Positions 18,609 to 29,450 are shown, numbered from the stretch's first letter. The stretch: 64,000 nucleotides of DNA from an uncultured Gammaproteobacteria bacterium (GCA_964383765.1 CAYLHT010000004.1:3539-67538), one strand, 5' to 3'. Made by a program: numbers and translations. Notes: generated from the sequence alone by a model not told the origin.

Positions 18609-18917
18609 TTAGGCTGAGATCTTCTCGATTTTGACGGTCGTGAAGTCCTGTCGATGGCCAAAGGTCCGGCGGTAGCGAACCTTATTATGGAACTTCACGC
18701 CGGTGACTTTTGAGTCGCGACCATGCGTAACGACTTTGGCGGTAACTTTCGCGCCGGCAACCAAAGGTTGGCCGACAGTCGTCTCTTTGTCTGAGGTGAG
18801 CAAGACATCGGTGAAATCCACGGTTTTGCCCGGTTCCGTCTTCAGTTTCTCAACCTGAAGCGTTTGACCAGGGCTAACGCGGTACTGTTTCCCGCCAGTG
18901 CGGATGATAGCGAACAT
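18609..18917 (-). CDS. rplU: 50S ribosomal protein L21
   Basis: MFAIIRTGGKQYRV...GHRQ. Confidence 0.97.
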   Translation of the reverse strand: MFAIIRTGGKQYRVSPGQTLQVEKLKTEPGKTVDFTDVLLTSDKETTVGQPLVAGAKVTAKVVTHGRDSKVTGVKFHNKVRYRRTFGHRQDFTTVKIEKISA

Positions 18918-18958
18918 AAGCAAGAAGTATTTGTAGCGTGAGCAGTATAGCGGAGGGC

Positions 18959-19465
18959 TTATTGTCTGTCAATCTCGACTGGATTGCCGATCGAGAGGTG
19001 CTGGGCAGCAATAAACCCGGCATTCACCTCGAGCACCGCGCTGGCCGGGGTTTTCGGTTGGTAAATACGCAAGTCAGTTATCGCTTGCCCCGCCGCCGGG
19101 GGTTGGACATTGGCCGTCAAATCAACAATCTGACCTTGGTCAATCCAAATGAAATCCAGTGGGATGAGCATGTCCTTCATCCAAAACTGGTACTCGCCTG
19201 GGTGATCGTAGAGCCAGAGCATACCGCTGCCCGCGGCTAAGCCCGTCCGCCCTCCCAAGCCCTTCGCTTGTAGTTCGGGGCTGAGCCGTACTTCAGCCGT
19301 GATGGTGGTATCAGAAAATTTTACTTTGGCTTGACCATAACCAGACGCGCCTGAAGATGGACCGAGGTGTCGTTGGCCAAGATAGGCTTTGATGTCTGGC
19401 CAGGCGCTCACAACCACGACGACAATAGCCAGAATGAAAGCAATTCCATACCAATTACCTTTCAT
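18959..19465 (-). CDS. DUF192 domain protein
   Basis: GL.GR..L....GML, FWMKDMLIPLDFIWI, VLEVNAG. Confidence 0.9.
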   Translation of the reverse strand: MKGNWYGIAFILAIVVVVVSAWPDIKAYLGQRHLGPSSGASGYGQAKVKFSDTTITAEVRLSPELQAKGLGGRTGLAAGSGMLWLYDHPGEYQFWMKDMLIPLDFIWIDQGQIVDLTANVQPPAAGQAITDLRIYQPKTPASAVLEVNAGFIAAQHLSIGNPVEIDRQ

Positions 19466-20549
19466 GGTGACTGCGTTGAATCCGAAGTGAGACCCATATG
19501 ACTAATGCTATCATTAGGACCAGTAACATGGCCAGCACATAGACCTTGGATTTGCCGCTCACAAATAACGTTGAGAGGCCAAAGACCAGGGTGACCAAGT
19601 ACAGTAAGCTCACCGTTTGTCGAGTTGATAAGCCGGCATCTAGCAAGCGGAAATGTAAGTGACTCCGATCAGCCGTCTCGAGTGGTGAAGTATGGCGACG
19701 AACGCGCTGGAAAATCACCCACAGCAAATCGAGAATGGGCAGCCCGAGAATGAGGAGTGCAGTGGCAATTTTTCCACCAGACACGATCGAAAGTATCCCT
19801 AAGCTGAATCCAATAAAGAGCGAGCCGCTTTCGCCTAGGAAGATCTTAGCTGGATGCCAATTCCAAACCAGAAATCCGAGACAGGCACCGGCGAGTGCCA
19901 AGGCCATGATGGCCACGCCAGGTTGATTGACCTCAGGTCGAAGTGTCAGTAAAAAAATGACGACTGCCCCAATCGCGCCGAACCCACTTACTAAACCATC
20001 CAGACCATCCAGGATTTTCGTCGTGTACATAGCGCCCAGCAACCAGACCAAGGTGAACAGATCGGCCCACAAGGTCAGGTGGTAGTTGATCCCATGCCAG
20101 GTGAAGACTGACCATTGCGCTCGATCAAGATACAAGACCCCACCAAAAGGGTTAGTGATAAATTTCACCCCGACTCCGGCCGCCACCATCACCAAAGCAG
20201 CGATGACCGCCCAAACCAGTTGTCGACGCGGACTTAAGTTGAATCGGTCATCGAGCGAACCAATAACTGCAATCACCAGACTGGCGATGAGTACTCCCCA
20301 CAGGGCTTTCGTCGTAACATCGCTTGTGTCATGTTGGTGAGGGACCAGCCACCACCACATTGCGTTCGCCACGATCAGAATCGCTAGGCCACCCAGCAGC
20401 GGTGTTGGTCGGCGGTGGCGCTTACGCAGCGGCGCGCTGGTCGGGTCATCCATTGCCCCCCAACGCTGTGCCCACCACCCAATCACCGGCGTTAAGACTA
20501 CCGTCGCCACAAAACTAACAATCAACGCCAGGAGTTGATGATTAGTCAC
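19455..20549 (-). CDS. MraY/WecA (TagO) family undecaprenyl-phosphate sugar-1-phosphate transferase
   Basis: RKRH..PTPLLGG, GSLDD, DGLDGL, NWHPAKIFLGESG, ADRSHLH; start estimated at GTG 20549. Confidence 0.9.
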   Translation of the reverse strand: MTNHQLLALIVSFVATVVLTPVIGWWAQRWGAMDDPTSAPLRKRHRRPTPLLGGLAILIVANAMWWWLVPHQHDTSDVTTKALWGVLIASLVIAVIGSLDDRFNLSPRRQLVWAVIAALVMVAAGVGVKFITNPFGGVLYLDRAQWSVFTWHGINYHLTLWADLFTLVWLLGAMYTTKILDGLDGLVSGFGAIGAVVIFLLTLRPEVNQPGVAIMALALAGACLGFLVWNWHPAKIFLGESGSLFIGFSLGILSIVSGGKIATALLILGLPILDLLWVIFQRVRRHTSPLETADRSHLHFRLLDAGLSTRQTVSLLYLVTLVFGLSTLFVSGKSKVYVLAMLLVLMIALVIWVSLRIQRSHHER

Positions 20550-20946
20550 GGTGGTGCTGCAGATAGGACTCAACTAAGAGCTGAGCTACGCGGCTATCCT
20601 CCTCTCCGCGTTTCATCTTTTGGCCGACGTGTTCCCGTTGGACAGCCTGAGTCGAAAAACGTTCGTCCTGTTTCACGATCGGGACAGACAGTCCACTTGA
20701 GACAGCCATAAGGAATTCATCAACAATCTTCACTTGTGGTCCAGCTGATCCGTCCGTATTCAGCGGCCAGCCAGCTATAATCGTTGTAATTTTGTCGTGC
20801 TGAATGATGCGCTCGAGCAGTGACTTGGCATCAGACCATGAATTGATCAACCAAGCCGGCCGCGTAAATGCAAAACCAGTGTCAGTATCCCCGACCGCCA
20901 CGCCGATTTTCTTGGTGCCGACATCAAGCCCCAAAATCTTACTCAT
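20542..20946 (-). CDS. ruvX: Holliday junction resolvase-like protein RuvX/YqgF
   Basis: ILGLDVGTKKIGVA, GWPLNTDG, DERFST. Confidence 0.92.
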   Translation of the reverse strand: MSKILGLDVGTKKIGVAVGDTDTGFAFTRPAWLINSWSDAKSLLERIIQHDKITTIIAGWPLNTDGSAGPQVKIVDEFLMAVSSGLSVPIVKQDERFSTQAVQREHVGQKMKRGEEDSRVAQLLVESYLQHHRD

Positions 20947-21688
20947 GGGTGATGATCTCCGCACCGTCTTTTGAAACGAGGACGGTGTGTTCGAAATGAG
21001 CCGCCAGACTGCCATCGCGGGTGACGACGGTCCAGCCGTCAGCTTCAACATCAACCTCGGGCCGGCCGGCCGTCACCATTGGCTCAATCGCCAGGACCAT
21101 GCCGATTTGGATTTTCGGCCCCCGGCCGGCCGGCCCGACGTTAAATATCGTGGGCGGTTCGTGGACAGCCTTGCCCACGCCGTGGCCAGTGAGCTGGGTG
21201 ACAATTCCAAATCCAAATGGCTTGAGATAGTCTTCGATAGCCGCGCCGATATCGCCAATGTGGTGTCCAGGTTTAACTGCTTTCAGCCCCGCGGTTAAAG
21301 ATTCACGCGTCGCGTCTACTAACTTTTGGGCCGCGCTATCAATCTGCCCAACTGCAACCGTCACTGCGTGATCACTAAACAGACCCTGGTAGTTCACCCC
21401 GATATCAAGGCCAACAATATCGCCGGTCTTGAGTTGACGTTGTGGAGATGGCAAGCCGTGCACGACCTCGTTGTTGATTGACGTGCACAGACTGGCGGGA
21501 AACCCATTAAAACCCAAAAAGGACGGTTCCGCGCCGGCTTGCCGAATGTAGCTTTCCGCAATTTCATCCAGCGCTTTCGTGCTCACGCCTGGTTTAACCG
21601 CTCGCACGACTGTCTGAAGCGCTTGGGCGGCAATCTGCCCACTCCGACGCAATTTGGCTATGTCGTTTTCAGTCGTGAGGGTAGCCAT
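20939..21688 (-). CDS. map: Type I methionine aminopeptidase
   Basis: CTSINNEVVHGLP, DIG, GHGVG..HEPP, AIEPM, AHFEHT. Confidence 0.97.
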   Translation of the reverse strand: MATLTTENDIAKLRRSGQIAAQALQTVVRAVKPGVSTKALDEIAESYIRQAGAEPSFLGFNGFPASLCTSINNEVVHGLPSPQRQLKTGDIVGLDIGVNYQGLFSDHAVTVAVGQIDSAAQKLVDATRESLTAGLKAVKPGHHIGDIGAAIEDYLKPFGFGIVTQLTGHGVGKAVHEPPTIFNVGPAGRGPKIQIGMVLAIEPMVTAGRPEVDVEADGWTVVTRDGSLAAHFEHTVLVSKDGAEIITHE

Positions 21689-22335
21689 GAGTGCCGCGCC
21701 AGTTCTTTTTTGATGTGCTGATACACAATATGAATGCTTGGCTGGGCATCGATGTGAATAATCGGGACTTTACCATGAATCCACGTTAACATCGGCTCTG
21801 TTTCTTGTCGGGTCCAACGCAAACGTTTTCGAATCGCATGCGGAGTATCATCGTCACGCTGACGCAGCTTCAGACCGTCGTGATCACAAAACCCACGTCG
21901 TTTTTTCGGTGGATCGTGACGAATGTGGTAAACGTGCCCCCGCGGGCACACGCGACGGCCAGACAAACGGTGAATGGCTTTTTCGTCAGTTAATTCGAGT
22001 TGGATGATGATAAACGGCTTGGCGTAACGCATGAATGGCAGGACCTGCCCCATTCGTCGCGGGTACCCATCCACAATCCAACCGTGGCGAGCGTCAGGCT
22101 GGGATAAACGTTTCTTGACCACCGCGTTTGTGTTTCGGTCGGGTATCAAGCTCCCAGAATTCATGGTTGAGGTAATCCGCTTACCCAGCGGTGTGCCTTC
22201 TGCCATTTCACGCCGAAGTTCATCCCCAGCCGAGACGTGGGGAATATGAAAATAGCGCGATAGCAAGGCTGACTGTGTACCTTTGCCTGACCCTTGGGGT
22301 CCAAGCACAACAATATGTGGGGCCTGTTTCTTCAC
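21658..22335 (-). CDS. adk: Adenylate kinase
   Basis: GPQGSGKGTQ, DGYPR, LID with C/H ligands, RDDD. Confidence 0.95.
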   Translation of the reverse strand: MKKQAPHIVVLGPQGSGKGTQSALLSRYFHIPHVSAGDELRREMAEGTPLGKRITSTMNSGSLIPDRNTNAVVKKRLSQPDARHGWIVDGYPRRMGQVLPFMRYAKPFIIIQLELTDEKAIHRLSGRRVCPRGHVYHIRHDPPKKRRGFCDHDGLKLRQRDDDTPHAIRKRLRWTRQETEPMLTWIHGKVPIIHIDAQPSIHIVYQHIKKELARHSWLPSRLKTT

Positions 22336-22367
22336 CGGCTCAGTATATCACAGAGGATTCAAACACC

Positions 22368-23645
22368 TTAGAAACCTTCGTAATCTCGTACAATCAACTG
22401 GGATTCGATTTGTTTGACGGTTTCGATCACCACGCTGACCACGATCAGCAATGACGTCCCACCAACCACTAACGTCGTGATGTTGGTGAAGCGCTGGACC
22501 AAGTTAGGCAGAATTGCAATCGCGCCCAAGAAAAGTGCTCCGGCCAGGATGATGCGATTCGTAACATACGACAAATATTCAGCTGTTTGTCGCCCGGGTC
22601 GAATACCCGGAATGAATCCACCTTGTTTTTGTAAGTTTTCAGAAACTTGGTTGGGTTGGAAGACAACGGCCGTATAGAAATACGTGAAGGCCACCACCAG
22701 TAAGAAATACAGCGAGTCATACAACCAGCCACCTTGGTGGAAAATCGTCGTTACTTGGGTAGCCAAGTGCTGCAGCCATGTAACTTTTGAACCAACAAAG
22801 AATTGCGCGACCAAAGATGGCATCAAGACCAATGAAATTGCAAAGATGATCGGAATCACGCCGGCCTGGTTAACACGCAATGGCAAAAACGTGTCAGCCC
22901 CGCCCACGATTTGGGTCCCACGTACGCGCCGAGCATAGTTGACCGGAACTTTCCGAACCGCTTCAGTCACGAACACGACGCCGGCCACCGTCACAATTCC
23001 TAGCGCGACGAAGACGATCATTTCTAAAAGTTTTGAGCTATCAAAAACAGCAATCGAACGTTGGACCTGGGCTGGCAAACGGGCCACGATCCCAGCAAAG
23101 ATCATCAGTGAAATGCCGTTGCCAATTTTCTTTTCAGAAATCAACTCACCCAACCACATTAAGAAAATCGTTCCAGCCGTGATGGTAATAATCGCGGTCA
23201 CAAATTGAAAGGTGGTTAGGTTTGGCAAAATACTGCCACTCGCCCGCCGGATCAAGGTGATCGTGCCGTACCCTTGGAGGGCGGCTAACGGCACCGTCAG
23301 ATATCTCGTCCACTGGTTGATTTTTTCTTGACCGCGTTCTCCTTCCTTCGAAAGCTTTTCTAGGGACGGGACGATCATTGTCAACAATTGGAAAATAATC
23401 GAGGCGGTGATGTAAGGGCCAACCGCTAACATCACGACTGAGAACGTATCATAACTGCCGCCGGAAAAGACGTTGAGTAATCCCAAAAACTGGTTGGTTT
23501 GGAAGAAATTCTTGAGTGCAACCAGATTGACGCCTGGAATCGGAATGTGGGCGGTCAGTCGGAAAATAAACAACAACCCGAGCACGAACAGGATTTTATT
23601 GCGGACTTCTTTAATTTTCCAAACCAGGGCGAGTTTTTGCCACAT
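22368..23645 (-). CDS. secY: Preprotein translocase subunit SecY
   Basis: HIPIPG, GPYITASII, GNGISL, GVIPIIFA, FIPGIRPG, GGTSLLIVV. Confidence 0.98.
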   Translation of the reverse strand: MWQKLALVWKIKEVRNKILFVLGLLFIFRLTAHIPIPGVNLVALKNFFQTNQFLGLLNVFSGGSYDTFSVVMLAVGPYITASIIFQLLTMIVPSLEKLSKEGERGQEKINQWTRYLTVPLAALQGYGTITLIRRASGSILPNLTTFQFVTAIITITAGTIFLMWLGELISEKKIGNGISLMIFAGIVARLPAQVQRSIAVFDSSKLLEMIVFVALGIVTVAGVVFVTEAVRKVPVNYARRVRGTQIVGGADTFLPLRVNQAGVIPIIFAISLVLMPSLVAQFFVGSKVTWLQHLATQVTTIFHQGGWLYDSLYFLLVVAFTYFYTAVVFQPNQVSENLQKQGGFIPGIRPGRQTAEYLSYVTNRIILAGALFLGAIAILPNLVQRFTNITTLVVGGTSLLIVVSVVIETVKQIESQLIVRDYEGF

Positions 23646-23647
23646 GG

Positions 23648-24127
23648 CTATTTGGATTTGGGTTGCTTGGTTTCCGTTGGTTTGGGAGTCAGAACCACCG
23701 CTTGCCCGCCAGCCTTAGTAATCGCGGCGGCGGCGCCGGCCGAAAATTTATTGGCTTTAACAGTTAGTTTCTTCTTGAAGTCGGCTTGGCCAATGACTTT
23801 GTAACCATAGACCGGATTGCCGATCATGCCAAGGTGGTGCAAACGATCGGCCGTGACTTGTTGGCCATCGCTAAATGCTGAATTGAGTTGCAGCAAGGTC
23901 ACGACCCCCATCCGTGGTCGTAAGCTCAAGAAACCACGATTCTTTGGCGTGCGTTCAATCAGGTGTTTCAGACCGCGACGAGTCAACTTATTGCGACCGC
24001 CCGTGCGGGCCCGTTGACCTTTGGTACCCCGGCCAGCCGTCGTGCCTTTACCGGAAGCGTTACCACGGCCCACGCGTTTATAGCGATGCCGGGACTGCGA
24101 GGGTTTCAGTGTGTGTAACTCGATCAT
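23648..24127 (-). CDS. rplO: 50S ribosomal protein L15
   Basis: KRVGRGNASGKGTTAGRGTKGQRAR. Confidence 0.97.
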   Translation of the reverse strand: MIELHTLKPSQSRHRYKRVGRGNASGKGTTAGRGTKGQRARTGGRNKLTRRGLKHLIERTPKNRGFLSLRPRMGVVTLLQLNSAFSDGQQVTADRLHHLGMIGNPVYGYKVIGQADFKKKLTVKANKFSAGAAAAITKAGGQAVVLTPKPTETKQPKSK

Positions 24128-24128
24128 A

Positions 24129-24650
24129 CTATTTTCCTCGCTCAGCCGCGGCTTGTTCGCGAGTCTTCAAGCGTTGTAAGGCCAGCATCACGGCGTAGAC
24201 ATTGTTGATCTTGTTGGATGATCCGAGAATCTTACCGACAACGTTCTTGACGCCAGCCAATTCCATCATCAAACGCACCGGACCGCCGGCGATAACGCCG
24301 CTACCTTTTGGAGCGGGTTTGAGCAGAATTTTGGCAGCGCCGTGTTTGACCAGAATCGGGTGCGGAATGGTTTCGTTCACCATTGGGACCGTAATCATCT
24401 TCTTCTTGGCGGCGGTTACGGCTTTCTGGATCGCGCCGGAGACATCGTTGCCTTTGGCAATGCCAATTCCTAAGCGACCTTTCTGGTCGCCAATCGCAAT
24501 CGTGGCGCGGAAGCGCATGCGTTTACCGCCGGCCACCACGCGCGTCACGCGGGCCAGGTCAATGGTCTTCTGTTCGAACTCGCGTGGTTCGCGCGGTCCG
24601 GATCGGCGGCGTCGGCCGCCGCCACGTTGTTGGGCTGAAGGAAGTGCCAT
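24129..24650 (-). CDS. rpsE: 30S ribosomal protein S5
   Basis: RVTRVVAGGKRMRF, PAPKGSGVIAGG. Confidence 0.97.
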   Translation of the reverse strand: MALPSAQQRGGGRRRRSGPREPREFEQKTIDLARVTRVVAGGKRMRFRATIAIGDQKGRLGIGIAKGNDVSGAIQKAVTAAKKKMITVPMVNETIPHPILVKHGAAKILLKPAPKGSGVIAGGPVRLMMELAGVKNVVGKILGSSNKINNVYAVMLALQRLKTREQAAAERGK

Positions 24651-24654
24651 ACGT

Positions 24655-25011
24655 TTAGAAAGTTAATCCGGCTTGACGCGCGGCCTCGGCTAAGGCTTTG
24701 ACTCGGCCGTGGTAACGATGACCGCCGCGATCGAACACGACTGAGGAAATCTTCTGGGCTTTGGCTTTGGTCGCCAATTCGGTGCCGACGGCCGCAGCCA
24801 ATTCGGACTTTTTGCCTTTGGTCTTGAGTGTCAGATCTGAAACGCTGATTAAAGTTTTGCTAGCCATATCATCAATCAACTGAGCGCTGATATGTTTCAG
24901 ACTACGAAACACTGCCAGACGTGGTCGTTCAGCTGTGCCGCTCACGTTGGCCCGAATCCGGGCGTGGCGGAAACGTCGGGCGGTGTGTTTGGAGGTAGTG
25001 CGAAGTGACAT
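24655..25011 (-). CDS. rplR: 50S ribosomal protein L18
   Basis: [25 protein letters not shown]. Confidence 0.97.
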   Translation of the reverse strand: MSLRTTSKHTARRFRHARIRANVSGTAERPRLAVFRSLKHISAQLIDDMASKTLISVSDLTLKTKGKKSELAAAVGTELATKAKAQKISSVVFDRGGHRYHGRVKALAEAARQAGLTF

Positions 25012-25014
25012 AGA

Positions 25015-25566
25015 TTATTTGGCGCCAGCGGCTTTCACAACTTTACCGGCTTTACGGCGAATGACTTCATCGGAGTACTTAATACCTTTGCCTTTGTAGG
25101 GTTCGGGTTCTTTGAAACGACGAATTTTGGCGGCGGTCTCACCTACGAGTTGTTTATCAATCCCGGACACGGTCATCGTATTCTTTTCCACGGTCACGGT
25201 CACACCCTCTGGTACCATGAATTCAATCGGGTGGGAGAACCCCAGGTTAAGCGTCAGTTTTTGTCCGCTAACCGCCGCTTTGAAGCCAACACCGTTGATT
25301 TCGAGTTTAACTTGGAAGCCGGTGGTCACGCCGGTCACCGCATTCGCGATTAACATTCGCCACAGCCCCCACAGCGCCCGGTCATCTTGGTGGTCTGGGT
25401 GTTTGACGCTGATCGTCAGCTGGTTGTCAGCTTGAGCAATCTGAATATGCCGGTGCAGCACTAAATTGAGGCTACCTTTTGGTCCTTTCACTTCAGCCGT
25501 TTGGCCGTTGACGGTGACCGTCACGCCGGCTGGGACTGGAATCGGAAGTTTACCAATACGTGACAT
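25015..25566 (-). CDS. rplF: 50S ribosomal protein L6
   Basis: MSRIGKLPI, PEPYKGKGIKY. Confidence 0.98.
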   Translation of the reverse strand: MSRIGKLPIPVPAGVTVTVNGQTAEVKGPKGSLNLVLHRHIQIAQADNQLTISVKHPDHQDDRALWGLWRMLIANAVTGVTTGFQVKLEINGVGFKAAVSGQKLTLNLGFSHPIEFMVPEGVTVTVEKNTMTVSGIDKQLVGETAAKIRRFKEPEPYKGKGIKYSDEVIRRKAGKVVKAAGAK

Positions 25567-25571
25567 AAAGT

Positions 25572-25955
25572 TTAGGAAATTTCACACAAGACTTCGCCGC
25601 CGAGTTTGGCGTGACGGGCCTCATCGGCGGTCATCAAACCTTTGGGGGTGGAGATAATCGCCATGCCCAGGCCGCCTTTGACGCGCGGCAACTGATCACG
25701 TTTGACGTACACCCGGCGACCAGGCGTTGAGATCCGGCGCAAGTGTTCCATCACCGGTTGGTTATTGTTGAATTTCAACAGCAACTTGAGCGAGCGGTTC
25801 TGATCGAGACTGGCTAAACCGATAATCCAGCCTTCGCGTTCGAGCAATTGCGCCATGGCGTACTTCAACTTTGAGTACGGCAGCACCACCTCGCGCTGGC
25901 CGGCGAGTTGCGCGTTGCGGATACGAGTCAGGAAATCGGCGATCGGGTCAGTCAT
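25572..25955 (-). CDS. rpsH: 30S ribosomal protein S8
   Basis: MTDPIADFLTRIRNA, ISTPGRRVY, GGEVLC. Confidence 0.98.
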   Translation of the reverse strand: MTDPIADFLTRIRNAQLAGQREVVLPYSKLKYAMAQLLEREGWIIGLASLDQNRSLKLLLKFNNNQPVMEHLRRISTPGRRVYVKRDQLPRVKGGLGMAIISTPKGLMTADEARHAKLGGEVLCEIS

Positions 25956-25959
25956 AGGA

Positions 25960-26145
25960 TTACCAAGAAGCTTTGATCACGCCCGGGATATCGCCCTTAT
26001 TGGCGAGTTCGCGGAAGCAGATGCGGCAGAGTTGAAAATCACGTAAGTAGCCACGCCGCCGACCACAGCGCCAACAGCGTCGAACAATTCGCGAAGAATA
26101 TTTCGGAGCGCGAGCGGATTTTGCAATTTGTGCGGCAGTAGCCAT
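25960..26145 (-). CDS. rpsN: 30S ribosomal protein S14, zinc-binding type Z
   Basis: RCWRCGR...[21 protein letters not shown]. Confidence 0.97.
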   Translation of the reverse strand: MATAAQIAKSARAPKYSSRIVRRCWRCGRRRGYLRDFQLCRICFRELANKGDIPGVIKASW

Positions 26146-26148
26146 AGG

Positions 26149-26700
26149 TTAGCGGGTGGATGAACTAAATGGAAAACCAAGTTGAGTCAGAAGCGCTTTA
26201 CCCAGCGGGGCGGATTTCGCTGAGGTCACGATTGAAATTTCTAATCCGTGAATGTGTTCGACTTCATCACTGCGAATTTCCGGGAAGACGACGTTTTCTC
26301 GCAAGCCGACGGTCAACACGCCAGACTTTCCAAACCCTTTCGGATCAATCCCGTGAAAATCACGGACGCGCGGCAGCGTAATATTGATGAACTTATCCAG
26401 GAATTCCCACATCCGGGCGCCACGTAAGGTGACTTTCGCGCCGATCACCAACCCAGCTCGAATTTTGAAAGCGGCAATTGATTTTTTAGCCGCAGTGGTG
26501 ACAGGTTTCTGACCACTAATTCGTGTTAAGGTCGAGAGCGCGGTTTCTTGGTGCTTCGGATCTTTCAAATGCTTGCCAAATCCAACGTTGAGGACTATTT
26601 TCGAAATTGTGGGCACGGCCATAGCGTTCGCCAGCTGGAACTCTTTTTGGAGCGCCGGCACTACGTCCTTGCGATAGCGTTCGAGTAAACGAGGGGTCAT
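26149..26700 (-). CDS. rplE: 50S ribosomal protein L5
   Basis: KIVLNVG, ISGQKP, KVTLRG, LPRVRDF; start at MTPRLL. Confidence 0.97.
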   Translation of the reverse strand: MTPRLLERYRKDVVPALQKEFQLANAMAVPTISKIVLNVGFGKHLKDPKHQETALSTLTRISGQKPVTTAAKKSIAAFKIRAGLVIGAKVTLRGARMWEFLDKFINITLPRVRDFHGIDPKGFGKSGVLTVGLRENVVFPEIRSDEVEHIHGLEISIVTSAKSAPLGKALLTQLGFPFSSSTR

Positions 26701-26701
26701 A

Positions 26702-27019
26702 TTAGCTGAGAGATTCTTTCGTCCGAACAGCGCGGCGGGTCCGCTTGCCATTGACGTTCATTGATCCGACTCGCGTTGGTTGGTTGGATTTCGGGTCGAT
26801 CAACATGACATTCGACAGATGCACCGGAGCATTGTACTGAACGCGTTGACCTTGATCGCCGGTTTTGCGAGCCCGGACGTTCTTGGTGGCTGAGTTGATC
26901 CCATCGACCACTACTTTCCATTCGGACGGCAAGACCTGCAGGACTTTCCCCTTTTTGCCTTTGTCCTTGCCGGTCAGGATCAGGACCTGGTCGCCAGTTT
27001 TAATCTTTGGTCGCGACAT
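26702..27019 (-). CDS. rplX: 50S ribosomal protein L24
   Basis: [23 protein letters not shown]. Confidence 0.97.
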   Translation of the reverse strand: MSRPKIKTGDQVLILTGKDKGKKGKVLQVLPSEWKVVVDGINSATKNVRARKTGDQGQRVQYNAPVHLSNVMLIDPKSNQPTRVGSMNVNGKRTRRAVRTKESLS

Positions 27020-27020
27020 A

Positions 27021-27392
27021 TTACAGTACTTCCGGCGCTAAGGAAATAATCTTGGTGAAGCCTTTGGCTTTGAGTTCACGGGCGACCGGTCCGAAGATAC
27101 GGGTGCCTTTCGGTTCTTTTGACTTCGGGTCGACGATCACGCCGGCATTGTCAGAGAAACGGATGTAACTGCCATCAGCCCGGCGGTATTCTTTACGCTG
27201 GCGGATGATCACCATGTGGACCACGTCACCTTTTTTGACGGCGGCGTGCGGTGTAGCTTCTTTGACTGAGCCGGTCACGATGTCACCCAGCTGGCCGTAG
27301 CGCTTTTTGTAGCCGCCCCACACCCGGAAGACCGCCACGCGCCGAGCGCCGGTGTTGTCAGCTGGAGTCAGAATAGTACGGAGTTGAACCAT
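27021..27392 (-). CDS. rplN: 50S ribosomal protein L14
   Basis: [27 protein letters not shown]. Confidence 0.98.
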   Translation of the reverse strand: MVQLRTILTPADNTGARRVAVFRVWGGYKKRYGQLGDIVTGSVKEATPHAAVKKGDVVHMVIIRQRKEYRRADGSYIRFSDNAGVIVDPKSKEPKGTRIFGPVARELKAKGFTKIISLAPEVL

Positions 27393-27394
27393 AG

Positions 27395-27649
27395 TTAGGA
27401 GAGTTTGCGAATCACGCGCCAGCGCTTCGTCTTCGAGAGCGGCCGCGTTTCTTCAATCACCACGCGATCACCCGTTTGGTACTGCTTGGTTTCATCATGC
27501 GCTGCTAAACGACGCGAGACACCAAATTGTTTGCCGTATTTCGGATGCGTCAGGACCCGGTCAATTCGAACCACCACAGTCTTGGCCATTTTATCGGACA
27601 CGACGGTACCATTCAGTTGACGGCGGCGGGCAGTTGTGGAATTCGACAT
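27395..27649 (-). CDS. rpsQ: 30S ribosomal protein S17
   Basis: [25 protein letters not shown]. Confidence 0.97.
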   Translation of the reverse strand: MSNSTTARRRQLNGTVVSDKMAKTVVVRIDRVLTHPKYGKQFGVSRRLAAHDETKQYQTGDRVVIEETRPLSKTKRWRVIRKLS

Positions 27650-27653
27650 ACGT

Positions 27654-27866
27654 TTAGGCAGACTTCGGTGATTGAGGCTTCGATTTGAGCTGTTGAATTT
27701 TGGTCATGATGCGCGCGATTTCGTGTTTAGCCTGACGGAGTTGGCGGACATTTTTCTGCTGACCTTGGCTGACACTGAACCGGAGCGTGCGCAGGTGTTC
27801 ACGGCTGGTCGCGAGCAAGCGTTCCAGTTCCGGCTGACCTTTGCGATTGATTTCGTTCCAGTCCAT
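27654..27866 (-). CDS. rpmC: 50S ribosomal protein L29
   Basis: LRF...Q...IARIMT; syntenic position. Confidence 0.93.
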   Translation of the reverse strand: MDWNEINRKGQPELERLLATSREHLRTLRFSVSQGQQKNVRQLRQAKHEIARIMTKIQQLKSKPQSPKSA

Positions 27867-27875
27867 AGTCAGGCG

Positions 27876-28289
27876 CTATGCTCCCTCACGTTGAATAAAC
27901 TTGGTTTTGACCGGCAGTTTGTAGGCGGCTAGTTGCATAGCTTCACGCGCGACCTCTTCTTTGACGCCGTCCATTTCGAATAACATGGTGCCAGGTTTCA
28001 CGACGGCCACGAAGTGATCAACTGCGCCTTTGCCGCCCCCCATCCGGATTTCGTTACCTTTGATGGTCACGGGTTTATCAGGGAAAATACGGATCCAGAT
28101 TTTGCCACCGCGTTGCACGAAGCGGGTCATAGCACGGCGAGCGGCTTCGATCTGGCGCGCCGTCACCCAACGTGCCTCGGCCGATTTCAAGCCATAGGTC
28201 CCGAAGGCCAAGCTAATCTTGTCCGTGGCTTTACCGCGGACGCGGCCGCGGTGCCATTTACGATGTTTGACCTTCTTGGGGAGTAACAT
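27876..28289 (-). CDS. rplP: 50S ribosomal protein L16
   Basis: [25 protein letters not shown]. Confidence 0.98.
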   Translation of the reverse strand: MLLPKKVKHRKWHRGRVRGKATDKISLAFGTYGLKSAEARWVTARQIEAARRAMTRFVQRGGKIWIRIFPDKPVTIKGNEIRMGGGKGAVDHFVAVVKPGTMLFEMDGVKEEVAREAMQLAAYKLPVKTKFIQREGA

Positions 28290-28291
28290 AC

Positions 28292-28942
28292 TTACTTAGG
28301 TTGATCCTTAAACACTTCACCTTTGTAAATCCAGACTTTGATGCCGATCTTGCCGTAGGTCGTCTGAGCTTCGCCGCGAGCATAATCAATGTCAGCGCGC
28401 AGGGTTTGGAGTGGGAGACTGCCGCTGGCCAACATTTCCGTGCGGGCAATGTCGGCGCCGTTCAAACGACCGGCGACCATGACTTTCACGCCCTGGGCGC
28501 CGCCTTGGCTAACTTGGTCAATCGCCTGCTTAAGGACGCGGCGGAATGGAATACGTTTGGACAGTTGTTCAGCCATGTTCCCAACCATCACCTGCGCTGA
28601 TAATTCAGGCTTGTGAACTTCTTGGACGTTGAGCTTGACGTTGTACTTGCCCTGCCCCATCAGTAAGCGGCGTAAACCTTGGCGTAAGGATTCAATCCCC
28701 TGTCCGCCGCGGCCGATGACCACGCCGGGTTTTGAGGTATGAATCGTGACGGTCAAATTCTGGAGTGAGCGTTCAATATCAATCGCGGCCATACCGGCAT
28801 TCACCAGTTTCGTTTTCAAAAACTTGCGGATCATGATGTCTTGCTTCAGTAAGGCCGGAAAATTGCGCGCCGAAAACCATTTGGCATTCCAATTGCTGGT
28901 CACGCCGAGACGGAAACTCTTGGGATGAACTTTCTGACCCAT
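28292..28942 (-). CDS. rpsC: 30S ribosomal protein S3
   Basis: [36 protein letters not shown]. Confidence 0.98.
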   Translation of the reverse strand: MGQKVHPKSFRLGVTSNWNAKWFSARNFPALLKQDIMIRKFLKTKLVNAGMAAIDIERSLQNLTVTIHTSKPGVVIGRGGQGIESLRQGLRRLLMGQGKYNVKLNVQEVHKPELSAQVMVGNMAEQLSKRIPFRRVLKQAIDQVSQGGAQGVKVMVAGRLNGADIARTEMLASGSLPLQTLRADIDYARGEAQTTYGKIGIKVWIYKGEVFKDQPK

Positions 28943-28943
28943 A

Positions 28944-29450
28944 TTATTCCTTTCCTTGGCGGCGAGTGGTTGAATCTTTAGCGCTGTGCACTTCAGCCGG
29001 AGTTGTGCTTGTTGGTTTCACGGCCTTGGTGGAAGTTTTTGGTTCAGCCGGAGCACCTTTGACGTCGTTCAGTTTCATCGGTTCTGATTCTTTCGGCTTG
29101 ACACCAGCTTTCGGTGGCGTCTGATCTTCTAAAATAATCGTGATGTGACTTGAACGCTTGAGAATTTCAGCGGCGCGGCCGAAGGCGCGAGGTTGGTACC
29201 GCTTCAAGCTCGGGCCTTCATTGGCGACGATCGATTTAATCCGCAATCCTTTGCGATCGAGTTTGAAATTGTGCTCGGCGTTGGCGATGGCTGAGTTCAA
29301 AAGTTTCAAAACTGGTTGAGCCGCGCCTTTGGGCAAGATTGTTAGTTGGTCAACGGCGCGATCAACCGGCAAGCCGCGCACCAAATCCACCACCAACCGC
29401 ACTTTGCGTGGGGCGACTCGGAGGTGACGAAGGTGAGCGCGGACTTCCAT
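28944..29450 (-). CDS. rplV: 50S ribosomal protein L22 with low-complexity C-terminal extension
   Basis: APRKVRLVVDLVRG, SAIANAEHN, PRAFGRA; ~55 extra K/P/T-rich residues. Confidence 0.96.
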   Translation of the reverse strand: MEVRAHLRHLRVAPRKVRLVVDLVRGLPVDRAVDQLTILPKGAAQPVLKLLNSAIANAEHNFKLDRKGLRIKSIVANEGPSLKRYQPRAFGRAAEILKRSSHITIILEDQTPPKAGVKPKESEPMKLNDVKGAPAEPKTSTKAVKPTSTTPAEVHSAKDSTTRRQGKE